DNA from: Gammaproteobacteria bacterium
Lineage (GTDB): Bacteria; Pseudomonadota; Gammaproteobacteria; DATFLG01
DNA: 36,635 nucleotides
Assembly (NCBI GenBank): GCA_035267985.1
Contig: DATFLG010000022.1
Coordinates: forward strand, 1-36,635
Reading direction: 5' to 3'
The notes beneath the pieces were generated by a model. That model had not been told where the DNA came from. It was given only the letters and a program-made list of their open reading frames with translations, and did not search any database. Below are positions 8,758-24,763 of this stretch, piece by piece. Both the position numbers and the translations under genes were made by a program. Position 1 is the first letter of the stretch, and the number at the start of each line of letters is the position of its first letter.

Positions 8758-8852
8758 GCCCGCAACCGGAACGCCGGATGCCGGCATTTGCCTATACCCC
8801 ATGGGTGGGTGAGAATGGATGGGGAATCGTTCCCGGGTGAGCGCGTCGGCTT

Positions 8853-9623
8853 GTGTCCTCAAAAGTCTATTATGAACAGCCGCTTAACGAACGCGTCCGC
8901 ACTTTTCTGCGGCTCGAGTTCCTGTTTCGCAAGGCCCGTCACCATCTGGCGGGCCCCAGCCCGTGGGACAGCCGCGCGGCCCTGACCAGCCTGCTGGAAA
9001 TACTCAACATCTTCGGTCGCGGTGATCTGAAGACCGAGGTCATGAAAGAGCTCGAGCGCCACACGGCGAACCTGGCCCGGCTGGAGCAGAACCCGGAAGT
9101 GGACCGGGCGCGCCTGGGCCAGGTCCTGGACGAGCTGGAGGAACTGATCGACCGCCTTCATGGCATGGACGGCCAGGTGGGCCGGCGCCTGGCCCAGAAC
9201 GAGTTCCTCACCACCTTGCAACAGCGCAGCGCCATCCCCGGGGGCAGTTGCGATTTCGATCTCCCGGCCTATCATTTCTGGCTGCAGCAGCCGGCCGAGG
9301 ACCGGATGCGGGACGTGGCCGCCTGGCTGGACCAGTTCGATCCCATCGCCCGTTCCGTGCGCCTGGTGCTGCGCCTGACCCGCGAGAGCAGCCTCTCGCG
9401 CCGGGAACGGGCGGAAGCCGGGTTCTTCCAGAAGACCCTGGACCCCAACAACAGCTGCCAACTGGTCCGTGTCGGGCTGCCGGCCGGCAGCCCGTACTAT
9501 GCCGAGATCAGCGGGGGCCGGCACCGGTTCACGGTGCGTTTCATGCACCAGGCGTCTCTGGAAGCCCGGGCGACCCAGGCCCCGGAGGACGTGGACTTCG
9601 AGCTGGCCTGCTGCATCATCTGA
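8853..9623 (+). CDS. zapD: Cell division protein ZapD (YacF family)
   Basis: It has a GTG start. [22 protein letters not shown] and the C-terminal DFELACC closely parallel E. coli ZapD (recalled from memory). It sits in the conserved coaE-zapD-yacG context. Confidence 0.85.
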   Translation: MSSKVYYEQPLNERVRTFLRLEFLFRKARHHLAGPSPWDSRAALTSLLEILNIFGRGDLKTEVMKELERHTANLARLEQNPEVDRARLGQVLDELEELIDRLHGMDGQVGRRLAQNEFLTTLQQRSAIPGGSCDFDLPAYHFWLQQPAEDRMRDVAAWLDQFDPIARSVRLVLRLTRESSLSRRERAEAGFFQKTLDPNNSCQLVRVGLPAGSPYYAEISGGRHRFTVRFMHQASLEARATQAPEDVDFELACCII

Positions 9624-9645
9624 TCCGGGCAGGGAGCACGCACTG

Positions 9646-9849
9646 ATGGCAAACCGGCGCCCGACCGTCGTCTCCTGCCCCACCTGCGGGAAGGCCGTGG
9701 AGTGGACGCCGGACAATCCCTGGCGGCCGTTCTGCTGCGAGCGCTGCAGGCTCATCGACCTGGGAGAATGGTTCGAGGAGCGCCATCGCATCCCCGCCGA
9801 ACCCGATGAACCGGGGACGACGGACTGGGAGCCGGGGGATCGGGACTAA
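9646..9849 (+). CDS. yacG: DNA gyrase inhibitor YacG (zinc-finger protein)
   Basis: The 67-aa product is [45 protein letters not shown] (CxxC...CxxC). AGGGAG lies 9 nt upstream of ATG 9646. Confidence 0.85.
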   Translation: MANRRPTVVSCPTCGKAVEWTPDNPWRPFCCERCRLIDLGEWFEERHRIPAEPDEPGTTDWEPGDRD

Positions 9850-9862
9850 GGGATCCCGAGGC

Positions 9863-10348
9863 TCAGGGCCGCCCGGCCTGGAACCCGAACCGGGCCTCCC
9901 GCCGCCCGTCCGGCCCGGCGAGGGCCACGGTCACCATCCAGTCGCTGCGCCCGGAAGCGCACACCGGCAGCAGTGCGCTGCCCTCCCAACGCCCGTCCCG
10001 GGCCGAGGCCAGACGGTAGCGATTGACGCCCATGTCCATGCCCACCATGGCGAAGTTCACTTCGACCCGGTGCACGGCGAAGGCGCTGTGGGGATGGACC
10101 TGCACCGTGACGGGAAACGTGCGCAGCATGGTCACCGGGGGCCCCAGGCGCAGCTGCAGACGCAGATCCTCACCGCGGGCTCCGCAGGCGCGCTGCGCCG
10201 GATCACAGTCCCGCTCGGCCACCAGGGTCTTCAGGGGACCCGACGAATAATCCGGCGCGCCGGGACGCCACCACAGCCCCGCGGCCAGAGCGGCGAAGGC
10301 CAGTGCCACCACGGTGCCCGCCACCCATTGAGCCATCCGCCGGTTCAT
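9863..10348 (-). CDS. Hypothetical signal-anchored protein; the exported part may be a FixH/YtkA-like beta-sandwich
   Basis: The N-terminus is MNRRMAQWVAGTVVALAFAALAAGLWW, a basic stretch followed by a TM helix. The exported domain has CDPAQRAC, a third Cys and a Met-rich FAMVGMDMG segment. Third codon positions are GC-rich throughout. ATG 10348 overlaps the upstream stop (ATGA 10345-10348). ATG 10336 is the alternative start. Confidence 0.6.
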   Translation of the reverse strand: MNRRMAQWVAGTVVALAFAALAAGLWWRPGAPDYSSGPLKTLVAERDCDPAQRACGARGEDLRLQLRLGPPVTMLRTFPVTVQVHPHSAFAVHRVEVNFAMVGMDMGVNRYRLASARDGRWEGSALLPVCASGRSDWMVTVALAGPDGRREARFGFQAGRP

Positions 10349-11310
10349 GCGCCGGATCCCGCCCACAGGCCGCGGATGGCCGCAATACCCTGGGCGCCCC
10401 GGCGCCAGGCCTCGGCCAGGTTCCCGGCATCCAGGCCCCCCAGAGCGTAGACCGGCCGGTCGGCCAGCGCCGCCAGCCGCTCGAACCCTTCCCACCCCAG
10501 AACCGGTGCACCGGGGTGGCTGGCGGTCCGGGCCACCGGGGCGATCACCAGAAAATCCACGTCGATGGCACAGGCATGGCGCAGCTGGTGTTCATCATGG
10601 CAGGAGGCACTCACCCAGCGGGAGGCGTCCAGGGGCCGCCCCCGCAGCGCCATCAGCCGGTCGCTGTTGAGGTGCACACCATCGGCGCCGCAATCCCGGG
10701 CCAGTGCCGGCGGACCGTTGAAGAGCAGCCGGGCCCCGCGACGGCGGCACACCTTCAGCGCTTCCACCGCCAGCTCCGCCAGAGCGGACGGATCCCATTC
10801 GGGGGCGCGCAGCTGCACCAGCCCGGCCCCCGCCGCCACGGCCTGGTCGAGCTGCGCCAGAAAAGATGCCGGTTCAACGGGCGACGGCGTGACCAGACAG
10901 CGCTCGGGCAACTGCAGGGCATGGACGATGGCCCGATTGGCGGCAGGAAACTCGTTCGCCTGCAGGTCACCAACCGCCACCCAGCGCAGGGGCTGACCTT
11001 CACGGCCCGCAGGCACGCCGTCAAAGGCCTCCACCCGGCGCACGTCCAGCACCACGGACCGCTCAGGGTAGTCGTGACGCAGGCGGATCAGGGGGCGGGA
11101 ACGGGTGCAGCGTATGCCCAGCTCCTCATGAAGCTCGCGCTCCAGGGCCTCGATCACTGTTTCCCCGGCTTCCACCTTGCCGCCGGGGAACTCCCACAAC
11201 CCGCCCTGGTGCACATGGTCCGACCGGCGGCTGATCAGCACTTCCCCCCGCGGATTGATGATGGCGGCCACCGCCACCGCCACGGCCCTGTCCTGAGTCG
11301 GTGAGGTCAT
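10345..11310 (-). CDS. mutT: MutT-type Nudix hydrolase fused to a ThiE/TenI-like (TMP-TENI) domain
   Basis: I set the start at ATG 11310 (MTSPTQDRAVAVAVAAIINPRGEVLISRR...). The Nudix box is GGLWEFPGGKVEAGETVIEALERELHEELGI. The C-terminal half (...LVQLRAPEW...GADGVHLNS...DFLVIAPV...YALGGL...) looks like a thiamine-phosphate-synthase/TenI barrel. Track ORF 10345-11610 is over-extended. Confidence 0.85.
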   Translation of the reverse strand: MTSPTQDRAVAVAVAAIINPRGEVLISRRSDHVHQGGLWEFPGGKVEAGETVIEALERELHEELGIRCTRSRPLIRLRHDYPERSVVLDVRRVEAFDGVPAGREGQPLRWVAVGDLQANEFPAANRAIVHALQLPERCLVTPSPVEPASFLAQLDQAVAAGAGLVQLRAPEWDPSALAELAVEALKVCRRRGARLLFNGPPALARDCGADGVHLNSDRLMALRGRPLDASRWVSASCHDEHQLRHACAIDVDFLVIAPVARTASHPGAPVLGWEGFERLAALADRPVYALGGLDAGNLAEAWRRGAQGIAAIRGLWAGSGA

Positions 11311-11329
11311 CGGAAACGGCCGGATCCGG

Positions 11330-12547
11330 TCAGGTCCGGTACTCCGCGTTGATGCGGACATAGTCGTAGGAAAGGTCACAGGTCCACACCCGGTCCCGGG
11401 CGGCCCCGCGGCCCAGGTCGATCCGGATCGCGAACGCATCGCGACCCACCACCTCCTGTCCCCGGGACTCGCGATACTCCGGCGCACGCCCGCCCTCGCG
11501 GACGATGCACACGTCGTCCAGAAGGATGGACACCCGGGCCACGTCCAGGGCCTGCACGCCGGCGCGGCCCACCGCCGCCAGGATGCGCCCCCAGTTGGGA
11601 TCGCCGGCAAACAGGGCGGTCTTCACCAGGGGCGAGTGGGCCACGGTATAGGCAACCCGGCGGCACTCCTCGGAATCGCGCCCCCCGCTCACCTCCACGG
11701 TGACGAACTTGGTGGCGCCCTCGCCGTCCCGCACGATGGCCTGGGCGAGCTGTTCACACAATCCGTTCAGCGCGGCGCGGAAGGCATCCAGGGGGGCGCC
11801 GGGATCCGTGATGGGCGGATGGGTGCTGCAGCCGGTGGCCACCAGGACGCAGGCGTCATTGGTGGAGGTGTCCCCGTCCACGGTGATCCGGTTGAAGGAG
11901 CCCTCGACCGCCTCGGCCAGTGCCTGCTGGAGCAGCCCCGGGGCCAGGGCCGCGTCCGTGGCCACGAACGCCAGCATGGTGGCCATGTCCGGACGGATCA
12001 TCCCCGAGCCCTTGGCGATGCCCGTGAGGGTCACAATGTGACCGTCCAGGTCGACGCGTCGCGACACTGCCTTGGGTACGGTGTCAGTGGTCAGTATGCC
12101 CTGGGCGGCCGCAGCCCAGCCGTCTTCGGCCAGGGCCGCCAGGGCGTCGGGCAGGGCGGCCTGCAGGGGCGCCACCGGCAGAGGCTCGCCGATGACGCCG
12201 GTGGAGAACGGCAGCACCGCCTCCTCGGCGCACCCGGCCAGGTGCGCCAGGGCGCTGCAGCAGGCCCGGGCGTCCGCCAGACCGGCCTGGCCGGTGCCGG
12301 CATTGGCGTTGCCGGTGTTGATGAGCAGATAGCGCGGGGAGGCGCGTTCCAGGTGCTCGCGCGCCACCCGTACCGGAGCGGCGCAGAACGCGTTGCGGGT
12401 GAAGACGGCGGCGCAGCGGCTCTTCGGGGCCAGCTCCAGCACCACCAGGTCCCGGCGGTCCGGGTATTTGATGCCCGCGCAGGCGGTGCCCAGGCGCACC
12501 CCGGCCACCGGATGCAGCTCGGCCGGCGCCTGGTAGCCTACTGCCAT
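11330..12547 (-). CDS. argJ: Bifunctional glutamate N-acetyltransferase / amino-acid acetyltransferase ArgJ
   Basis: I set the start at ATG 12547 ([20 protein letters not shown]...). The product has TGNANAGTG and the autoprocessing region [14 protein letters not shown], and ends [11 protein letters not shown]. Confidence 0.95.
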   Translation of the reverse strand: MAVGYQAPAELHPVAGVRLGTACAGIKYPDRRDLVVLELAPKSRCAAVFTRNAFCAAPVRVAREHLERASPRYLLINTGNANAGTGQAGLADARACCSALAHLAGCAEEAVLPFSTGVIGEPLPVAPLQAALPDALAALAEDGWAAAAQGILTTDTVPKAVSRRVDLDGHIVTLTGIAKGSGMIRPDMATMLAFVATDAALAPGLLQQALAEAVEGSFNRITVDGDTSTNDACVLVATGCSTHPPITDPGAPLDAFRAALNGLCEQLAQAIVRDGEGATKFVTVEVSGGRDSEECRRVAYTVAHSPLVKTALFAGDPNWGRILAAVGRAGVQALDVARVSILLDDVCIVREGGRAPEYRESRGQEVVGRDAFAIRIDLGRGAARDRVWTCDLSYDYVRINAEYRT

Positions 12548-12566
12548 GATGCGTCCATGGGCTGGC

Positions 12567-15311
<2,745 letters not shown>

Positions 15312-15446
15312 GAATGACGCCGAAAGAATCCGTGGGTTGGCTGAACACCCGATGATACAGCAACTGGCGGGGGGAGCGCAGCTTGGGGACGGGCCCCGGC
15401 GGCCCGGGCCGGGCGGCGCCGGCGCCGGAAATCCCGGCTCAACCGC

Positions 15447-16367
15447 CTAGCGTGAGGCGCGAACGTACTTGATGGGATTGATGGGCTTGCCGTTGCGGCG
15501 CACTTCGAAGTGGCAGTGGGGTCCCGTGGAGCGGCCCGTGGAGCCCATGAGAGCGATTTTCTGGCCCTGGCGGACTTTCTGGCCGACCTTGACCAGGACC
15601 TTCTCGTTGTGGCCGTAGCGGGTCGTCAGCCCGTTTCCGTGGTTGATCTCCACCAGGTTGCCGTAACCCGAACGCGGGCCGGCCCAGGTGACCACCCCAG
15701 CGGCCACGGCCACCACGGCCGAGCCCTTCTTGCCGGCGAAATCGATGCCCGGATGGAATTCGCGCTTGCCGTTGAAGGGGTCGGTCCGCATCCCGAAATA
15801 CGAAGAAATCCACCCGTGATGCACGGGACGGCCCGCCGGCTTGACCTGCTTGTGAAGGTTGCGGTTCATGAGCAGGGTCTGGAGCAGTCCCAGCTGCTGC
15901 TGACGGCTGCCGATCTGCCTGGAAAGCTGATCGAGGGCGTGAACGAAATCCGGCACCTTGGTGGGCTGGAGGTCCGCCGGGTCCTCGGGCCCGCCCTGGG
16001 CGGGGGGCTCGTTGAAGTTGAACTCGCCCTGGTCCACATCGGCCATCTTGGTGAGCTGCTGGCCGAGGGCGTCGAGGCGCAGCATCTGCGCCTGCATCTT
16101 GCCCAGGCGCAGGGCGAGCGCGTCCAGGTGGTCCTGGGCGGCCCGGCGTGCCTGCTGGATCACTTCGTGCTGGGCCGCCACCTGGGCCTGCAGGCGCCCG
16201 TCCACCACCCCCTGGGAGGCCTGCATCAGTGCCAGCTGATAGCCCCCGAAGACCAGTCCGCCGCACAGCAAGGCGAACATGAGCAGAAACGGCACGTAGA
16301 CGCGCGGGCGGCTCAGGTTGAGGCTGCCGGTCCTTCCGCCTGTGCGGGTAAAGAGTATGATGTTCAT
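15447..16367 (-). CDS. M23 family metallopeptidase (murein endopeptidase-like) with N-terminal TM and coiled-coil
   Basis: I set the start at ATG 16367, with AGGA 4 nt upstream. The TM segment is VYVPFLLMFALLCGGLVFGG and a Gln/Leu-rich coiled region follows. M23 catalytic motifs are HPGIDF and GPHCHFEV. Confidence 0.9.
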   Translation of the reverse strand: MNIILFTRTGGRTGSLNLSRPRVYVPFLLMFALLCGGLVFGGYQLALMQASQGVVDGRLQAQVAAQHEVIQQARRAAQDHLDALALRLGKMQAQMLRLDALGQQLTKMADVDQGEFNFNEPPAQGGPEDPADLQPTKVPDFVHALDQLSRQIGSRQQQLGLLQTLLMNRNLHKQVKPAGRPVHHGWISSYFGMRTDPFNGKREFHPGIDFAGKKGSAVVAVAAGVVTWAGPRSGYGNLVEINHGNGLTTRYGHNEKVLVKVGQKVRQGQKIALMGSTGRSTGPHCHFEVRRNGKPINPIKYVRASR

Positions 16368-16392
16368 ACGGTCCTGGCCTGGGAGCTTGTCA

Positions 16393-16836
16393 ATGCCTGC
16401 GGGCAAGCCCGCTCGAATCGATCACCTGCTGCGCGCCCGCGCCCCGCGGGGCGTGAACCGCCTGTGGGAGGCCGCAGAGCAGCAGCTGCAGCTGACCCGC
16501 CGCCTGCGTGAGGTCCTGCCCGAGAACCTGCGGCCTCATGTGCGACTGGCCCGACTCGAGGGACCGCGTCTGGTGCTCACCACTGACTCGCCCGTATGGG
16601 CCGCGCGGCTGCGGTACTACGCCCCACAGTTAGCTAAACATTTCGGCCGCGGGAAAAGTGTGACGGCACGCACGGTTCAAGTGCAGATCGTGCCTGCAAG
16701 CGCGCCGCCACCGGCTGCCCGCGCCGCCCCGACGCTGTCCACGGACAGCGCGGCGCTGCTACGCCGGACCGCTCAGGACGTCGAGTCCCCGGCCCTGCGT
16801 GCGGCCCTGCTCAGACTCGCCAGCCGGGCCCGGTGA
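16393..16836 (+). CDS. DUF721 / DciA-like protein (candidate replicative-helicase operator)
   Basis: ATG 16393 has GGGAG 7 nt upstream. The pattern LREVLPENLRPHVRLARLEGPRLVLTTDSPVWAARLRYYAPQLAKHF fits the DUF721 signature as I recall it (...L.V.v.ss.Wa.eL...). There is a low-complexity Ala/Pro-rich linker and a C-terminal helix. Confidence 0.7.
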   Translation: MPAGKPARIDHLLRARAPRGVNRLWEAAEQQLQLTRRLREVLPENLRPHVRLARLEGPRLVLTTDSPVWAARLRYYAPQLAKHFGRGKSVTARTVQVQIVPASAPPPAARAAPTLSTDSAALLRRTAQDVESPALRAALLRLASRAR

Positions 16837-16866
16837 CGGGCCTGCGGGTCAGGCCGTCGGCACCGG
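16830..16866. terminator. Imperfect inverted repeat spanning both stop codons of the convergent DUF721 and lpxC genes; possible bidirectional terminator-like hairpin
   Basis: ccggtgacgggcc...ggccgtcggcaccgg pairs as 16830-34 with 16862-66, 16835-39 with 16854-58, and 16841-42 with 16852-53. The loop is 9 nt. There are no U-tracts, so its function is uncertain. Confidence 0.25.
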
Positions 16867-17760
16867 CTGGATGAACGAGATGGGGGCCCGGCTCACGTCC
16901 TCGAAGGTCACCTGCTCCCAGGCCGTCGCATCGGCCATCAGCGCCCGCAGCAGCGCATTGTTGAGCCCGTGGCCCGATTTGTGGCCGCGGAACGCACCGA
17001 TGAGGCTGTGGCCAAGAAGATACAGATCACCGATGGCATCGAGGATCTTGTGCTTGACGAACTCGTCCTCGTAACGCAGTCCGTCCTCGTTGAGCACGCG
17101 ATAATCGTCCAGCACCACTGCATTGTCCAGGCTCCCGCCCAGGCCCAGGCGCCGTTCGCGCAGCTGCTCGATGTCGCGCATGAACCCGAAGGTGCGCGCC
17201 CGGCTCACCTCCCGCACGAAGGAGGTCGTGGAGAAATCCACCTCCGCCTGCTGGCAGTGGCCGTGAAAGACCGGATGGTCGAAATCGATGCTGAAACCGA
17301 CCTTGAATCCGTCAAAGGGCTCGAATCGGGCCCACTTGTCGCCGTTGTTGACCTGGACGGCCCGGGTGATCCGGATGAACCGTTTTGGTGCGTTCTGGTC
17401 CTCGATGCCCGCAGACTGAACAAGAAACACAAACGGACCGGCGCTGCCGTCCATGATCGGAACCTCGGGCGCGCTCAGGTCCACGTAGGCATTGTCGATA
17501 CCCAGGCCGGCAAACGCCGACAACAGGTGTTCCACGGTGGAGATGCGCACATCGCCCCGGACCAGGGTCGTGGACAGCTGGGTTTCACCCACATTCTCCG
17601 GGCCGGCCTTGATTTCCACCGGAGGGTCCAGGTCCACCCGGCGGAACACGATTCCCGTATCGACCGCCGCAGGGCGCAGTGTAAGGTAGACCTTCTCGCC
17701 GGTATGCAGGCCGACACCAGTGGCCCGGATGACGTTCTTCAGGGTGCGTTGACGAATCAT
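16849..17760 (-). CDS. lpxC: UDP-3-O-acyl-N-acetylglucosamine deacetylase
   Basis: I set the start at ATG 17760 ([31 protein letters not shown]). Conserved segments are TVEHLLSA and [14 protein letters not shown]. The position downstream of ftsZ is the canonical one. Confidence 0.97.
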   Translation of the reverse strand: MIRQRTLKNVIRATGVGLHTGEKVYLTLRPAAVDTGIVFRRVDLDPPVEIKAGPENVGETQLSTTLVRGDVRISTVEHLLSAFAGLGIDNAYVDLSAPEVPIMDGSAGPFVFLVQSAGIEDQNAPKRFIRITRAVQVNNGDKWARFEPFDGFKVGFSIDFDHPVFHGHCQQAEVDFSTTSFVREVSRARTFGFMRDIEQLRERRLGLGGSLDNAVVLDDYRVLNEDGLRYEDEFVKHKILDAIGDLYLLGHSLIGAFRGHKSGHGLNNALLRALMADATAWEQVTFEDVSRAPISFIQPVPTA

Positions 17761-17999
17761 TATTCTACGAGGTTCCTCAGAATGACGTGACCTGGCCCCG
17801 CCGCGACACGTAGCCGCGTGGATCGTATCACACGCTCCGGGCACTTTAAAGCGACCCGCCCCGAGCACAACTCCCAACTAGCTGATCAGACGGCACAAAG
17901 AATACTAGCAAATTTCGTGCCTGATAACGACCCGTGGCGCTGCGACGCCACCCGGAACTCCGGAGGCGCAGGGGCGACGCCGCAGCACGGGCCGGCGGT

Positions 18000-19148
18000 T
18001 CAATCCGCCTGCCGGCGCAGGAACGCCGGGATGTCCAGATAGTCCAGGTCATCCTCGTAGGCGCCACCGGTGTAACCGTCCCCGCTGGCCCGCTTGCGGA
18101 TCACCGTGGGCCGGTCCAGCTGGTTATAGTCCACCTCGCCGTTGGACTTCTTTTCCACCAGACGCACAGGGGCGGGTTCCTCCTTTTTCCCCTCGGCCCC
18201 CAGGCCCGTGGCCACCACGGTCACCCGCAGCTCATCGCGCATATCCGGATCGATCACGGTTCCGACCACCACCGTGGCGTTGTCCGAGGCAAACTCCTTG
18301 ACGGTGTTGCCCACCTCCTCGAATTCGCCGATGGACATGTCCATGCCGGCGGTCACGTTCACCAGAATGCCCCGGGCACCCATCAGGTTCACATCCTCCA
18401 GCAGCGGGCTGGCCGCCGCGGCTTCGGCCGCTTCCCGGGCCCGCTCCTCCCCGCTGGCCAGGCCGGATCCCATCATGGCCATGCCCATCTCGGACATCAC
18501 TGTCCGCACGTCCGCGAAGTCCACGTTGATCAGGCCCGGGCGCGTGATCAGCTCGGCGATGCCCTGCACCGCGCCCAGCAGCACGTCATTGGCGGACTTG
18601 AAGGCCTCCAGCAGGCTGACGCCCTTTCCCAGCACGGTGAGCAGCTTCTCGTTGGGAATGGTGATCAGCGAGTCCACGGACTGGCCGAGCTCCCGGATTC
18701 CGCTCATCGCCACCTGCATGCGCTTGCCGCCCTCGAACGGAAACGGCTTGGTCACCACGGCCACCGTCAGGATCCCCAGCTCCTTGGCGATCTGCGCCAC
18801 CACCGGGGCGGCGCCCGTGCCCGTTCCGCCGCCCATGCCGGCGGTGATGAAAAGCATATCGGCACCTTCAATAACTTCTTGAATCCGTTCGCGGTCCTCC
18901 ATTGCGGCCTGGCGGCCCAGGTCCGGGTTCGCCCCGGCCCCCAGTCCCTTGGTGATACCCGCGCCCAGCTGGATATTGGTGCGGGCCTGGATGTTCTGAA
19001 GGGCCTGGGCATCGGTGTTGGCGCAGATGAAATCCACGCCTTCGATGTTGGCCTCCACCATGTGCTGCAGGGCGTTGCCGCCCCCGCCGCCTACGCCGAT
19101 CACCTTGATTACAGCGTTCTGGCTGTATGAGTCCATCAGTTCAAACAT
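18000..19148 (-). CDS. ftsZ: Cell division GTPase FtsZ
   Basis: I set the start at ATG 19148, with GGAGG upstream. The product has [12 protein letters not shown], the tubulin signature [10 protein letters not shown] and the C-terminal peptide [14 protein letters not shown]. Confidence 0.98.
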   Translation of the reverse strand: MFELMDSYSQNAVIKVIGVGGGGGNALQHMVEANIEGVDFICANTDAQALQNIQARTNIQLGAGITKGLGAGANPDLGRQAAMEDRERIQEVIEGADMLFITAGMGGGTGTGAAPVVAQIAKELGILTVAVVTKPFPFEGGKRMQVAMSGIRELGQSVDSLITIPNEKLLTVLGKGVSLLEAFKSANDVLLGAVQGIAELITRPGLINVDFADVRTVMSEMGMAMMGSGLASGEERAREAAEAAAASPLLEDVNLMGARGILVNVTAGMDMSIGEFEEVGNTVKEFASDNATVVVGTVIDPDMRDELRVTVVATGLGAEGKKEEPAPVRLVEKKSNGEVDYNQLDRPTVIRKRASGDGYTGGAYEDDLDYLDIPAFLRRQAD

Positions 19149-19258
19149 GTTTGCGCCTCCTCGTTTGCCGTTAAGGTCAGGAGCCTGCCCATGGACCGCA
19201 GCGCTGCGCTTCCTGCCGCGTCTGCGGCCCCACTGGATCCACTCCGCTCCCCCACTGC

Positions 19259-20494
19259 TCAAAAATTGCCCTGAAACCAGCTTTTCATCCGTGCCCATAC
19301 ACCCCGCAACCCCTGCCCCAATGGCACGTCCATGTTGCGTCCGCCGCGGTTCTGCTGCCCGAACAGCAGCAGCCCCACGCCGGTCGAATAGATGGGATTG
19401 CGGACCACGTCCACCAGACCGGCCACGTACTGGGGCGTGCCCAGCCGCACCGGCATGTGAAAGACCTCCTCGGCCAGATCCACCACGCCTTCCATCTTAG
19501 AACTGCCGCCGGTGAGCACCACACCGGCCGCGATCAGGTCCTCGAAACCGCTACGGCGCAGCTCCGCCTGCACCAGGGTCATCAGCTCCTCATAGCGCGG
19601 CTCCACCACCTCGGCGAGGGTCTGACGGGCCAGGCGGCGCGGCTTGCGATCGCCGACGCTGGGCACCTCGATGGTCTCGCCGGCGGTGGCCAGCTGGGTG
19701 AGCGCGCAGGCGTATTTGATCTTGATCTCCTCGGCATGCTGGGTGGGGGTGCGCAGGGCCACCGCAATATCGTTGGTGACCTGATCCCCCGCGATGGGGA
19801 TGACTGCGGTATGCCGGATGGAGCCGTCGGTGAATACCGCGATGTCGGTGGTGCCCCCGCCGATATCCACCAGGCACACACCCAGCTCCTTCTCATCGTC
19901 GGTCAGCACCGAGTAGCTCGAAGCCAGCTGCTCCAGAATGATGTCATCGACTTCCAGGCCGCAGCGGCGCACGCACTTGATGATGTTCTGGGCCGCGCTC
20001 ACCGCACCGGTAACCAGGTGCACCTTGGCCTCCAGGCGCACGCCCGACATGCCCACCGGCTCGCGAATGCCTTCCTGCTGGTCGATGATGAATTCCTGGG
20101 GCAGGATGTGAAGCACCTTCTGGTCGGCCGGGATGGCAACGGCCCGTGCAGCGTCGATGACCCGCTCCACGTCGCCTGCAGTGACCTCCTTGTCACGGAT
20201 CGCAACGATGCCGTGGGAGTTGAGGCTGCGGATATGGCTGCCCGCTATCCCGGCAAAGACCGAATGAATCTGACAGCCGGCCATCAGCTCGGCTTCCTCG
20301 ATGGCGCGCTGGATGGACTGGACCGTGGACTCGATGTTGACCACGACCCCCTTCTTCAGGCCCCGCGAGGGATGCGAGCCGATCCCGATGATCTCTATGC
20401 CGCCTTCGGCCGTGATCTCGCCGACGATAGCCACTACCTTGGACGTGCCGATATCCAGGCCGACGATCATGTTCTTTTCGGACTTCTTCGACAT
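19259..20494 (-). CDS. ftsA: Cell division protein FtsA
   Basis: I set the start at ATG 20494 ([26 protein letters not shown]). The product has an actin-like fold and a C-terminal amphipathic helix [14 protein letters not shown]. Confidence 0.97.
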   Translation of the reverse strand: MSKKSEKNMIVGLDIGTSKVVAIVGEITAEGGIEIIGIGSHPSRGLKKGVVVNIESTVQSIQRAIEEAELMAGCQIHSVFAGIAGSHIRSLNSHGIVAIRDKEVTAGDVERVIDAARAVAIPADQKVLHILPQEFIIDQQEGIREPVGMSGVRLEAKVHLVTGAVSAAQNIIKCVRRCGLEVDDIILEQLASSYSVLTDDEKELGVCLVDIGGGTTDIAVFTDGSIRHTAVIPIAGDQVTNDIAVALRTPTQHAEEIKIKYACALTQLATAGETIEVPSVGDRKPRRLARQTLAEVVEPRYEELMTLVQAELRRSGFEDLIAAGVVLTGGSSKMEGVVDLAEEVFHMPVRLGTPQYVAGLVDVVRNPIYSTGVGLLLFGQQNRGGRNMDVPLGQGLRGVWARMKSWFQGNF

Positions 20495-20501
20495 CGCCTG
20501 A

Positions 20502-23299
<2,798 letters not shown>

Positions 23300-24763
23300 T
23301 CATTCGTCCTCCCTCCCGGCGTCTTCAGGCCACAGCCGCGCCAGCCGCGGTGCCACACCGCCGATGTCCCCGGCACCCAGGGTGAGCAGCAGGTCGCCGT
23401 CGTTCAGTACGCCCGCCAGTGCTTCGGGGAGGGCGTCGGCACTGGATACGAACACCGGGTCCACCTGGCCGCGGGCCCGCAGGGCCCGGCACAGGGAGCG
23501 TCCGTCGGCGCCGGCAATGGGTGTCTCGCCGGCCGGGTAAACCTCGGTGACCAGCAGCACGTCCGGCTCCGACAGGACCTGGGTGAAATCCTCGAACAGG
23601 TCCCGGGTGCGGGTGTAGCGGTGGGGCTGGAACGCCACCACCAGCCGCCGCCCGGGCCAGCCCTCGCGCACCGCCGCCAGGGTCGCGGCCACCTCCCGGG
23701 GATGGTGGCCGTAATCGTCCACCACCAGCACGCGGCCCGCGGGGCTGGGCAGCTCGCCGTAGACCTGGAAACGGCGGCCGATCCCGGCAAAGTGGCGCAG
23801 CCCGTTCTGGATCGCCCCATCGGACACCCCCAGCTCGCTGGCCACCGCAATGGCCGCCAGGGCGTTGAGCACGTTGTGCCGCCCGGGCAGATTGAGCGTC
23901 ACCGGCAGCGGCGCATCATGGTCGGTGCGCTGCACGTTGAAATGCATCTGCAGCCCCTCCTGGCGCAGGTCCGTGGCCCGCACGTCCGCGCCGGCCTGCA
24001 GCCCGTAGCGGCATACGGGACGGGTCACGCCGGGGAGCACCTCGCGCACACCGGGATCGTCCAGGCACATCACCGCGAGCCCGTAGAACGGCAGATGGTG
24101 AAGGAACTCCAGAAAGGTCTGACGCAGCCGGGCGTAGTCGCCTTCGTAGGCCTCCAGGTGGTCGGCGTCGATGTTGGTGACCACCGCCAGCATGGGCTGC
24201 AGATAGAGAAACGAGGCATCGCTTTCGTCCGCCTCGGCCACCAGGTAGCGACCGGCTCCCAGGCGCGCATGGCTGGCGGCGCTGTTCAGACGCCCGCCAA
24301 TGACGAAGGTGGGGTCCAGCCCCCCCTCGCCCAGCAGGCTGGCAATCAGGCTGGTGGTGGTGGTCTTGCCGTGGGTGCCCGCCACGGCAATCCCGTAGCG
24401 GAACCGCATCAGCTCGGCCAGCATCTCCGCCCGCGGCACCACGGGCACCCGGCACGCGTGAGCCGCCTGCACCTCCGGGTTGTCGCCGGTAACGGCGCTG
24501 GAGGTCACCACCGCATCGCTGTCGGCGATATGTTCGGCCGCATGGCCGATCCAGATCCGCGCCCCCAGCTCCGCCAGCCGGCGGGTGGTGGCATTGTCTC
24601 TCAGATCGGACCCGCTGACCTGATAGCCCAGGTTCAGGAGCACTTCGGCGATGCCGCCCATGCCGGCCCCCCCGATGCCCACGAAGTGCACCCGGCGGAT
24701 GCGCCGCATGGCCTCCGGCTGGACCTGCAGCACCGGCCCCTGGGTGGAACCGGGCGACGTCAT
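23300..24763 (-). CDS. murC: UDP-N-acetylmuramate--L-alanine ligase
   Basis: The product has [24 protein letters not shown] and [12 protein letters not shown] set the start at ATG 24763 (MTSPGS...) because it makes an ATGA overlap with the murG stop (24760-24763). ATG 24793 and the later MRRIRR Met are alternatives. Confidence 0.95.
   Translation of the reverse strand: MTSPGSTQGPVLQVQPEAMRRIRRVHFVGIGGAGMGGIAEVLLNLGYQVSGSDLRDNATTRRLAELGARIWIGHAAEHIADSDAVVTSSAVTGDNPEVQAAHACRVPVVPRAEMLAELMRFRYGIAVAGTHGKTTTTSLIASLLGEGGLDPTFVIGGRLNSAASHARLGAGRYLVAEADESDASFLYLQPMLAVVTNIDADHLEAYEGDYARLRQTFLEFLHHLPFYGLAVMCLDDPGVREVLPGVTRPVCRYGLQAGADVRATDLRQEGLQMHFNVQRTDHDAPLPVTLNLPGRHNVLNALAAIAVASELGVSDGAIQNGLRHFAGIGRRFQVYGELPSPAGRVLVVDDYGHHPREVAATLAAVREGWPGRRLVVAFQPHRYTRTRDLFEDFTQVLSEPDVLLVTEVYPAGETPIAGADGRSLCRALRARGQVDPVFVSSADALPEALAGVLNDGDLLLTLGAGDIGGVAPRLARLWPEDAGREDE

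Noticed and set aside
8778-8787. A 10-bp palindrome ATGCCGGCAT between coaE and zapD.
   Set aside because: It is short, has no loop and no flanking context. Such palindromes are frequent in GC-rich DNA.
17934-17951. A 6-bp-stem hairpin (GTGGCG ctgcga CGCCAC) downstream of ftsZ, plus a possible TTTAAA-17-TACGAT promoter for lpxC in the 239-nt ftsZ-lpxC spacer.
   Set aside because: The stem is short, there is no U-tract and the promoter hexamers are weak. They are plausible but not distinguishable from chance without mapping data.
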